From Roseibacillus sp. (GTDB lineage: Bacteria > Verrucomicrobiota > Verrucomicrobiia > Verrucomicrobiales > Akkermansiaceae): DNA of 64,000 nucleotides. The notes under the pieces were generated by a model. It ran no database searches, had not been told where the DNA came from, and was given only the letters and a program-made list of their open reading frames with translations. The position numbers were made by a program, and so were the translations under genes. Below, one piece after another: positions 9,501 through 17,080 of this stretch; the stretch's first letter is position 1; every line of letters begins with the position of its first letter. The stretch is from the NCBI GenBank assembly GCA_051251855.1, contig JBPOGI010000003.1, positions 224,001 to 288,000 on the forward strand, given 5' to 3'.

Positions 9501-9985
9501 CGGACAACGGGACTAGTGGCTATGGCAAGGCAAGCGGAGATCGGCAAAAGGGAACACACGTGCCCTTCATCGTTTCTGCGCCGGGACTTACTAAGCAAGG
9601 CGAGCAGGACGTCCTCGTCAATTTGTCGGACATGCTTCCCACATTGGTGGAGCTAACGGGTGCGACCCTTCCTGAAGACTACGAGATAAATGGCGAGAGT
9701 CTTGTTCCCTTTCTCTTTGGGGAAGAGAAGAAGCACCGTGACTGGATCTATGCCTACCGTAATGGCAACCAGCTCATTCGTGGTGAGCGGGTCCTAATGG
9801 ATGCCGCTGACAAGTGGTGGGATGTTTCCGAGGAGCCGGGCGATCTCATCTCGTTTCCTCAGATTAAGGATTGGCAATTAGTTTCCAAAGAACACCGTGC
9901 TGAGCGGGATCGCCTGAAGAAGATTCTTCCTCGGTTTGATAATTATGAGACCGAGCATGATGCTCCCCAGCAGGTTGAACAATAG
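6563..9985 (+). CDS. Secreted tandem double sulfatase
   Basis: Signal peptide; two sulfatase domains starting PNILWIVTDD and PNIVLLFTDD with CAPSR and CSPSR formylglycine motifs. Confidence 0.9.
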   Translation: MRTFLRVFTLAVLMGTFGQGEEQPNILWIVTDDHRADSIRAFNKAERGKGWSELGYVSSPVADQLAKEGVLFTRAYCNSPGCAPSRTSMMYGQYPHRSGQYGFEQSHRSLDISKKTTSELMQELGYRTAQFGKNGIAIFERTELPSGKIRMVKNKLFETEVGQKELYANDRTDWYKQQKWGGGKMMGTEFFWNMPEEPVRLLFPPEGKSPAELVAKQTEVDEKLDLLYSYTRENPSLVIGGVSPQPTSGTQDGQITAAFRQFLQNPGKEYETPWKRKVQGPATDQPLFVNLSYHFPHTPVLPSREFREKFADKEYRVPDFSKEELKRLPPQLQTWFTKTNFADMKAEDKQQAIRDYFAFCAMGDSLIGEAVEEFKKFSKKSGREYLILYVVGDHGWHLGEQGGESKFGPYDTSNHCAVIAVSSDKGKWPAGKVARDWVEFVDFAPTFLKTGGATLSDDSYQHLDGLPLDGVLSGEHKRDYVIGEMVHVIGPRCYLRCDDFAFSMRHREKNGKPGEKWGHPPGEGVEWALEAPVEAVELALFDLRVDVKEQHNLASEPEYQKLAEWFRQKLGRIILGDGRLEADWSQESSYHVSNFAKGAHDRKLEVPAEIIPAITEEKVAPVETPVPSKKSTSRSLERPNIVLLFTDDISARELPLYGSSVWSSPLGKNSKDPVFRAQTPVLDRLAEEGCWVKTAWAATVCSPSRAMMMAGRYAHLHKWWQNKDIGTWTDEKGKTGKWPLYESCPLQLGHVAQQAGYGTYWSGKTQMVGDLRRFGFDEGCFTPGTLMDRDNPYTDFKHTQKKGPDGPVVYNVDTGEVADTYWQHGWYFYPHVRLMHPKGSKKDLEWWPNTDESRKNFGLHTYGPDVELDHIFDYMERQAAEEKPFFVYHTSHLGHDAFDWLNPESLSKWPGTPVVKWTGEGYERTEPKITGDEGVYDTHGTVTESGIHHHVNYLDYQVWLYLQKFEELGIADNTVFIFCSDNGTSGYGKASGDRQKGTHVPFIVSAPGLTKQGEQDVLVNLSDMLPTLVELTGATLPEDYEINGESLVPFLFGEEKKHRDWIYAYRNGNQLIRGERVLMDAADKWWDVSEEPGDLISFPQIKDWQLVSKEHRAERDRLKKILPRFDNYETEHDAPQQVEQ

Positions 9986-9996
9986 CGCCTAACTCT

Positions 9997-10959
9997 TCAC
10001 TGCGAAAATGACTCGGTGCCATCTGGTTCGATAAGCGTCGGGGTGATGAGGATGATGAGTTCGCGGGAAAATCTTTCGGTAGAGCTCTTCTTGAAGAGTC
10101 CGAAGAAGTAGGCGTCTTCAATTTTTGTGGTCTTTGAATCAAGAACACCTCCTATCACAATTGTTTCTCCGTTTTTCAGTCGGTCCGAGGTCTCTATGTC
10201 TCGGCGAGTAAAAACGGGAAGAGAGAAGTCTGGGTTCACTTCAGAGAAGCCTTCGAACTCGGTGATTCGAGTGAAGGACTTGAGTAAGATGTTTTCGCCA
10301 CCAAGATGATGAGCTTCGAAATAGGAGGTGAAACCAGTGTTTTCGGTTTCGATTTCGGCTCCGTCTTCGGGACCGGATGGATAAAGAAACTCTCGAATGT
10401 TTTCCACAAGGGCCGTTTCCCCGTCGCTGACAATCATGCTTGGAAAAGAGACGACGTCAGTGCCTGCCTGTTGGGACTTCCTTCGAATCAGTTCCTGCAA
10501 TTGTTGGTCGTTGCAGACTCCTTTATACTTTTTGGGAGGGATGTCAGCCGAGCCGGCAATACGAGTGATTTCCATCACCTTGGTCTCGATGCGAATCTGT
10601 TGATTGCTCTTCGGGGGATTCGATTGCTGAGTCCAATCGGGATACGGTTTCGCTGGGGTTGGTTTTGTTGCGATGGTTTTCCCCGAAGGAAGTTGCGTCA
10701 CAGCGGGAATGTCTGAAGGATATCTCTTCGCGGTAGCTTTCTCTGAGCTAAGTTTTTCCGAAGCAGGATTCTTTGATTCTTGTTCCTCCGAAATAGACTT
10801 TTTTGTGCTGGGTTTTTCCAAGATGAACTCCGCCAAGGGAGCATGAGTCGTCGTGAGTTTCTCTTCGGGTTCTTGTCTCTGGCAGCCGAATGAGACCACG
10901 CCAAAAATTCCCAAACAGAGAACAGCTAAGGCTAGGAGTTTGGCGAGGGAAGGTTGCAT
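9997..10959 (-). CDS. Secretin C-terminal-domain-like protein (type II/III secretion / PilQ-like), probable lipoprotein
   Basis: QIRIETKVMEI, 'LKNGETIVIGG', 'RELIILITPTLI' secretin-type motifs; N-terminal signal with FGC. Confidence 0.7.
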   Translation of the reverse strand: MQPSLAKLLALAVLCLGIFGVVSFGCQRQEPEEKLTTTHAPLAEFILEKPSTKKSISEEQESKNPASEKLSSEKATAKRYPSDIPAVTQLPSGKTIATKPTPAKPYPDWTQQSNPPKSNQQIRIETKVMEITRIAGSADIPPKKYKGVCNDQQLQELIRRKSQQAGTDVVSFPSMIVSDGETALVENIREFLYPSGPEDGAEIETENTGFTSYFEAHHLGGENILLKSFTRITEFEGFSEVNPDFSLPVFTRRDIETSDRLKNGETIVIGGVLDSKTTKIEDAYFFGLFKKSSTERFSRELIILITPTLIEPDGTESFSQ

Positions 10960-11038
10960 GTGGTGGTTTGGAAGGATCCGAAACCTCGGGACCTTGTCAG
11001 AAGGTGGAAATCGGTCCAGCAGGAAAGATGGGAACCCA

Positions 11039-11749
11039 TCAACTGATCATCATCAAGCGGACTGGATCCCCAGGCTTGGTATCCGGTGCGCGATGAATAC
11101 AGGGCGGCACGAGACTCCCGGGCCAATCGACTGCAATTCGCCACAGATTTCCCATTCCAAATGTGTAAGGCTGAGCCTCAGGCAGGGGGGCGTAGTGAAG
11201 GTCGAAGCAATAGTCCTGTAGGAACTCACGGAAACCCTCGTCATCCGGTCCCTCATAGAGCGTGAGGAGTTCTGCGCGCGTGGCAGGAATATCGACGCGA
11301 CGAATCGCTTCCTTATTGAGCAGACCTTCGCTTGGCGCTCCATGATAGGTGCAGAGCCAAGTATCCGCCTCCACCGGCGCACTATCGGCATGGAAGGAGA
11401 GGACATCGGTCGCTACCGGTCCCGGATCTTCGTCGCGCGGGTATCCGTCGATGAGGTTGAGGACTGGCTCGCGCTCTAACAATTGCAGTTGGTGTAGGTC
11501 TTCCAACATCATTTCAACCGCTATGCGACCCTCTTTGCTTAAGGAAAGTCCTTTGAGTTGTGATTCATTGAGGGGAGTGATTCCTTCTTGAGCATTGAGA
11601 TGTGAAACGACTTCCTCAAAATCTCCACGCAACGGACGCTGCCAATAAAAAGCATTGATGCCATTCTCGAAAACGCCCTCGGCAAGCTCTTCGAAGCTCC
11701 CGACTTCCTGAATGGAGAGGTGATTGAGCGGTAGGGTCAGGGCGGTCAC
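11039..11749 (-). CDS. DUF1826-family protein
   Basis: SFHADS, WLCTYHGAPSE, PCIHRAP, RLMMIS motifs; start codon uncertain (GTG at 11749 chosen). Confidence 0.7.
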   Translation of the reverse strand: MTALTLPLNHLSIQEVGSFEELAEGVFENGINAFYWQRPLRGDFEEVVSHLNAQEGITPLNESQLKGLSLSKEGRIAVEMMLEDLHQLQLLEREPVLNLIDGYPRDEDPGPVATDVLSFHADSAPVEADTWLCTYHGAPSEGLLNKEAIRRVDIPATRAELLTLYEGPDDEGFREFLQDYCFDLHYAPLPEAQPYTFGMGNLWRIAVDWPGSLVPPCIHRAPDTKPGDPVRLMMIS

Positions 11750-11874
11750 AGACTCGAGTGTATGAGAGAGTCTCCCGATGAAAACGAGCAAATGTGCCTG
11801 CCTAGAAAACGGGCCCTTCTTTGTATCGAGAAGGCGGTTTGACTCTCTCTCGTAGAACCAGTAGATCGGAGGGG

Positions 11875-12570
11875 ATGAGAAACCTGCTTTTTATCCTCCT
11901 CAGTTTTCTGACTCTTTCTTTTGGCCTCCTTTGCGCGCAGCCCAGTAATGAAGCCCTCGAACCCAAAGTCGAAGGTGCCGACGTCATCACTCTTATCGAA
12001 GGAGGGACCTTCGAAGGTTGGCGTGTTCCTTCTGATCGCTGGTCGATTACTGGCGGTGTCATCACCGGTGACACTCAGGGAGAGAAACTGAAAGAGCCCG
12101 AATGGATTTTTACCCAGCAGAGTTTCGGGGACTTCATTCTCACGGTTGAAGTTCGCTTGAGTGGAGGTCCTCGTGGAAATTCGGGTCTCTACTTTCGTGC
12201 CCAACCTATAACTTTTCAGAGAGGGAAACATGGCCCCTTCGAAGCACCCTCGGGATATGAGTTCGACATCGCGAAAGACCACAATAACGGCACCTTGGGG
12301 GATTGGTATGCCCGTCCCTCTCTTCGCATTAAGCCTGATTCAAACCTGATGAAGGATATCTACCGGGCGGAGGACTGGAATCGTCTTACGATCCGAGCGC
12401 GAGGGCCTCGCTTTGAATATTGGCTCAATGGTCGCAAAATCATGGACTTCACCGACCCAGATCCAAAGGGCTCACGAGAAGGGCTCATTGCTCTTCAAAT
12501 TCATGACCGTCTCGCGATGAAAATCGAACTCCGTAACGCCACTCTCCTTGCTCTTACGAAAAGTGAGTAG
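11875..12570 (+). CDS. DUF1080 / 3-keto-disaccharide hydrolase family protein
   Basis: Signal peptide; FGDFIL, NSGLYFR, GYEFDI, WNRLTI, GLIALQIH. Confidence 0.88.
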   Translation: MRNLLFILLSFLTLSFGLLCAQPSNEALEPKVEGADVITLIEGGTFEGWRVPSDRWSITGGVITGDTQGEKLKEPEWIFTQQSFGDFILTVEVRLSGGPRGNSGLYFRAQPITFQRGKHGPFEAPSGYEFDIAKDHNNGTLGDWYARPSLRIKPDSNLMKDIYRAEDWNRLTIRARGPRFEYWLNGRKIMDFTDPDPKGSREGLIALQIHDRLAMKIELRNATLLALTKSE

Positions 12571-12607
12571 CGCCAGTGCTCGCATACGACCCACCTTCAA
12601 GTCTTCA

Positions 12608-14089
12608 ATGAAAACCATGAAAATCCAATCTGCCCTTCGCCTCTGTGCCTTCGCTCTTCTTTCTAACTGGGCGGGAGCCGAGCAGCCCAACGTCGTTCTC
12701 GTGATGGCGGATGATATTGGATTGGGGGACCTCAGTTTCTACCAAAAGGAGCGTAACCCTGACCAAAAAAGCACCGTCGACACTCCCAACATTGATGGTC
12801 TCATTGCAGAGGGAATGCGCTTCTCGGATGCTCACTCTCCCGCCTCTCTTTGCGCGCCCACTCGCTTTGCAATGATGACGGGAAACTATCCTTATCGAAA
12901 TCACAGCCCCTTCGGTGTGTGGACACCTCACTCGGATTCAGGAATCGAACCTAATTTCACCACCATTGCCCGTATTGCGAAAGCAGGTGGCTATCAAACC
13001 GCCTTCTTAGGAAAGTGGGGTTTGGGTGATTCCACCAAGTCGCGCAAAAAGGGTTTCGAAAAGCTTGCGAAAGGGGCGCTCCATTTCGGCTTTGATTACG
13101 CCCTTGAGCTTCCGCAAGGCATTCAGGGCTATCCCTTCGCGTTCTATGAGAATCAGGAATGGATGAAGTTGGGCGACGATTCAGAGTTTGCCGATGTTGG
13201 CCCCAAGCAGAATGGATATCATGATTCCAAGAAGCACAATGACCTCGTGGGCATCGGAGACTCCAATTGGGATCCGACTCAAGCGGGTCCTATCTTAGCG
13301 AACAAGGCGGTTGACTATATTGAAGGTCACGCGGATAAGCCCTTCTTTCTCTACTATTGCAGTCAGGCGGTTCATATCCCGCATACTCCGGTATCCGAGT
13401 TGGATGGCGTTAAGATCGTGGGTGCTACTCCTGGGCGGCACGGCGACATGATCAAGGAGTTGGATGTTCAGGTAGGAATGATGGTGAAGGCTCTCAAGAA
13501 AGCGGGCGTCTACCAAAATACGCTCTTTGTGTTCACCTCGGACAATGGTGGGCTTTCGTGGGACAAAGAGATGAAGGCGGCCGGTCATGACACCAGCAAC
13601 GGGCTCAACGGAAGCAAGGGATCGATTCTCGAAGGAGGGCATCGCGTGCCCTTCGTCGCAGTATGGCCGGGCAAGATTGCAGCCGGTTCGCAATCAGACG
13701 CTCAAATCGTCGGGCAAGACATGGTGGCTACTGTAGCTGCTCTTGGGGGGCAGGAATTGGACCGCTCGAAAGTGTTGGATTCCCTGAACCTCTTGCCGTT
13801 GTTCAAAGGAGAAGAGGGCAAGGAAGGCCGCGAGGTCATGGTGCACCAAGCCAAGGGTAAAGGTGGCGTCTATGCTCTAAGGAAAGGGCCTTGGAAGCTC
13901 ATCATGGAAGGAAAGAATTCGCAAAATCTCAAGGGCATCAAGGCTACCGCGCTCTTCAATCTCGATGATAATTTGGCAGAAGACTATTCCAAGAGCCTTT
14001 TCTCCGATCCTGCTCAGAAAGACCGGTTGAAGGAGATGATGGCCGAGTTCCTCGCCTTGAGGTCCGGTGGGGAGCCGACGGTGAAGTAG
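12608..14089 (+). CDS. Arylsulfatase
   Basis: PNVVLVMADDIG, CAPTR, GKWGLG, FTSDNGG, EGGHRVPF. Confidence 0.92.
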   Translation: MKTMKIQSALRLCAFALLSNWAGAEQPNVVLVMADDIGLGDLSFYQKERNPDQKSTVDTPNIDGLIAEGMRFSDAHSPASLCAPTRFAMMTGNYPYRNHSPFGVWTPHSDSGIEPNFTTIARIAKAGGYQTAFLGKWGLGDSTKSRKKGFEKLAKGALHFGFDYALELPQGIQGYPFAFYENQEWMKLGDDSEFADVGPKQNGYHDSKKHNDLVGIGDSNWDPTQAGPILANKAVDYIEGHADKPFFLYYCSQAVHIPHTPVSELDGVKIVGATPGRHGDMIKELDVQVGMMVKALKKAGVYQNTLFVFTSDNGGLSWDKEMKAAGHDTSNGLNGSKGSILEGGHRVPFVAVWPGKIAAGSQSDAQIVGQDMVATVAALGGQELDRSKVLDSLNLLPLFKGEEGKEGREVMVHQAKGKGGVYALRKGPWKLIMEGKNSQNLKGIKATALFNLDDNLAEDYSKSLFSDPAQKDRLKEMMAEFLALRSGGEPTVK

Positions 14090-14136
14090 CAGAATCGCGT
14101 AACAACTGTCGGCTTTTCCTGAAGCATCTGGTAGCT

Positions 14137-14847
14137 ATGTTACTTGGAGTGGGAAAAATCGAAAAACAGCCTTTGTTTTTGACGACTCGTTGGTCTTTGG
14201 TCGCGAATGCAGCCAAGGAAGCCGACGAGTCTTTGGAGGCGCTTTGTGGTCAATACTGGCAGCCTGTTTACGTGGTGGCGAGGCGAGCCGGAAATGATAT
14301 TGAGGCCTCGAAGGATTTGACTCAGGGTTTTTTTGCGAAGCTGTTGGAGAAGGGGTGGTTGGAGGCGGCGGATGAAGAAAAAGGGCGGTTTCGTACTTTC
14401 TTGATGACCGCCTTGAAGCGTTACCTCATCAACGAGTGGCACAGCGAAAGGGCGGCCAAACGAGGAGGTTTCGCTGAGGTGGTTTCTTTGGATGTGGAGT
14501 TGGCTGAACGGGTGGACGGTGGAATACGGAGTCGGTCGCTATCTCCTGATGAGCTCTTTGATCGGAGATGGGCCTTGGCGCTTCTGGATACGGCATTGGC
14601 TCGTTTGGAGGTGGAAACAGGGAAGGACTTTTTGGTTTTGAAAGACTGCCTCACTGCCAGTCGAGGTGAGATCGATTATTTGGAATTGGCGGCGACTTTG
14701 AAGCTGAGTGAAGGCGCCGCGAGGGTGGCGGTTCATCGCCTGCGGAAGCGATATCGAGCGGTGATTCGTGAGGAAGTGGCTCATACCGTGGCCAGTGAGG
14801 AAGAGGTGGAGGGAGAAATGAGAAATCTTTTTGAAGCCCTCATGTAA
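14137..14847 (+). CDS. ECF RNA polymerase sigma factor (kinase-associated PVC type)
   Basis: FLTTRWSLV, YWQPVY, DLTQGFF, KGRFRTFL, VAVHRLRKRY. Confidence 0.88.
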   Translation: MLLGVGKIEKQPLFLTTRWSLVANAAKEADESLEALCGQYWQPVYVVARRAGNDIEASKDLTQGFFAKLLEKGWLEAADEEKGRFRTFLMTALKRYLINEWHSERAAKRGGFAEVVSLDVELAERVDGGIRSRSLSPDELFDRRWALALLDTALARLEVETGKDFLVLKDCLTASRGEIDYLELAATLKLSEGAARVAVHRLRKRYRAVIREEVAHTVASEEEVEGEMRNLFEALM

Positions 14848-14877
14848 CAAAAGAGAAATGAATCTGAATTAGAGGGT

Positions 14878-17061
14878 ATGAGCGAAGACAAGACTTGCAA
14901 GCGGTGTGGAACAGTCGTCGGTGGTGAAACGGTGGGTGGGATGTGTCCCCGCTGTCTGATGGCGCTGAACTTTGACACCCGCACCATGCCGGAGGGCGAG
15001 GAAGCCCCTGCCAGTTTGCCTCCTCTTTCGCCGGAGGAGATGGCGGAGAGCTTTCCGCAATTCGAGATTTTGGAGTGTCTGGGACGAGGAGGGATGGGAG
15101 TGGTCTATCGAGCGCGTCAAAAGACCCTCGATCGAATGGTGGCGATTAAGGTTTTGGCAGGGGAGTGGCAAGGAGATGCGGATTTTGCCGAACGCTTTGA
15201 GCGCGAAGCGAAGACTTTAGCGCAGATGAGCCATCCCAATATTGTCACGGTGCATGATTTTGGGGAGACGAACGGGCTCTACTTCATTGTGATGGAATAT
15301 GTCGACGGGGTGAATCTTCGGGACTTGCTGAGAGAGGGGAAGATGGAGTCCGGGCAAGCGTTGGCGATTGTTCCCTCAATCTGTGAAGCCTTGGAATATG
15401 CTCACGGGAAAGGAATCGTTCATCGGGATATCAAGCCGGAGAATCTTTTGTTGGATCGGGAGGGAAGAGTGAAGATTGCCGACTTCGGAATTGCGTCCTT
15501 GATTGGTTCGGGAGCCGAGCTTGCGGGAACGCCTCCCTATATGTCGCCCGAACAAGTTGGGGGAGGGGTCACCGACGAGCGGGTGGATGTCTATGCCTTG
15601 GGAGTGGTGCTTTATGAAATGTTGACGGGTGAGCGGCCGGGGCAAAAGTTGGTCGCTCCCTCTCGAAAGGTCGAAGTAGATGTTAGAATCGACGAAATGG
15701 TTCTACGTGCATTGGAAGCGGAACCCGAGAAGCGCTATCAGACGGTGGGCGAGTTGAGAACGGTGGTCGAAACGATTTCCGAGAAGGCGAGGACGTCGCC
15801 TGAGCAGGATCAGGAGCAAGTCGGTTTCTTTCATTCGAAGGTTGCCCGGAGGATGCTGGTGGTGGGATTGGTTCTGGGGTGTGTGGGTTTCTTGGGCTTC
15901 TTAGGGGTGATCGAGGAACTTCATAGGAGTCGCCTTTTCTTTGGCTTCTTTGGCTTCTTTGGTTTGGTGGCTCTTGCGTTTCCTGTGGAGTGGTTTCATC
16001 GCATGGCAGAAAAGAAGACCCTCTCTACAGGGTGTCTCTGGGGGGTGGGATTGGGTTTGATATTTGGCGTATTGGGAGTGATTTCAATTCTCCTCGTAGT
16101 CGCTTTCTATCAATTGAGCCAAGCGCGAGAGCCTTATGAAGTAGATGCGAAGGGCGAACTCTATCAGGAAACGCATCAGAAGTTAGCCTTTGAAGTCATG
16201 AGCGCATTCAAGAGGCAGGACGCTGAAAGATTGAAAGAGATTATTGCTCATTCGGGAGAAGAGAAGGTGTTAGAGCTGACCTCGGAGCAAATTGAAGAAG
16301 GTTTTTCTGAGATTGGGGAGGTTTATCAGCGGGACCCTTCCCGGCTGATGTCGTTTGTCGATTGGTATCGGGAAGGGGACTATGCCATCACGAGGGTAGA
16401 GGAGCCTAAGGGAGAAAAAAATGGCCGTACTCTTTGCTTAATCTTTCGGGAAAAATCGCCGAACAATTGGGCTCTTCTCATGATAGATGATTTTAGGCAG
16501 GAACGCTCTACTTTGCAGAGCATGCTACAGGACTATCTCGAAGGAAAGAGGGGGGCAGCGAGAAACGCACAGGACCAAGTGTCGGAAGTGATTAATACTT
16601 CTCAGCTAAGCGATCAGGAGACCGCGCCGCAGAGTGAGGAGATTCTTTCTGGATTGTCGGGGGAGACTGAAAAGGTGACGCTGAAGGAAAATCTTCCCGA
16701 GTTGGCTCGGGATATTATGGATGCTGTTCGGCGTGAAGACTACGCCGCCTTGGATTCCTTCGCTTTTTTGCCGGGCAATCCGAAGAGTATCTTGGTGAAA
16801 CAAGCAGCGGCTCAATTCAACCAAGCGTATCAAAAGGATCCCAGTCGTCTCACGACCTTTGAGGAGTGGTATCGCATCGGTGGCTACGCTCTCGTCAGAG
16901 TGGCAACACCCGCCGATACCGAAAAGAAAGAGGCAGTTTATTTAATTTTGGGGCTGAAGCTGGGTCATTCTTGGAAGCTCCTTCATATGGGAAAGATCGG
17001 GCCGGAGGATTCACTGAAGGAGAAGTTCGAAAATTACAGCAAGACGCACTCCGAGGAGTAG
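14878..17061 (+). CDS. Membrane Ser/Thr protein kinase with N-terminal Zn finger and duplicated extracytoplasmic domain
   Basis: CxxC..CxxC; GRGGMG, VAIK, HRDIKPEN, DFG, GTPPYMSPE; TM helices follow. Confidence 0.93.
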   Translation: MSEDKTCKRCGTVVGGETVGGMCPRCLMALNFDTRTMPEGEEAPASLPPLSPEEMAESFPQFEILECLGRGGMGVVYRARQKTLDRMVAIKVLAGEWQGDADFAERFEREAKTLAQMSHPNIVTVHDFGETNGLYFIVMEYVDGVNLRDLLREGKMESGQALAIVPSICEALEYAHGKGIVHRDIKPENLLLDREGRVKIADFGIASLIGSGAELAGTPPYMSPEQVGGGVTDERVDVYALGVVLYEMLTGERPGQKLVAPSRKVEVDVRIDEMVLRALEAEPEKRYQTVGELRTVVETISEKARTSPEQDQEQVGFFHSKVARRMLVVGLVLGCVGFLGFLGVIEELHRSRLFFGFFGFFGLVALAFPVEWFHRMAEKKTLSTGCLWGVGLGLIFGVLGVISILLVVAFYQLSQAREPYEVDAKGELYQETHQKLAFEVMSAFKRQDAERLKEIIAHSGEEKVLELTSEQIEEGFSEIGEVYQRDPSRLMSFVDWYREGDYAITRVEEPKGEKNGRTLCLIFREKSPNNWALLMIDDFRQERSTLQSMLQDYLEGKRGAARNAQDQVSEVINTSQLSDQETAPQSEEILSGLSGETEKVTLKENLPELARDIMDAVRREDYAALDSFAFLPGNPKSILVKQAAAQFNQAYQKDPSRLTTFEEWYRIGGYALVRVATPADTEKKEAVYLILGLKLGHSWKLLHMGKIGPEDSLKEKFENYSKTHSEE

Positions 17062-17080
17062 TCGGGCCCATTGAAATCCC

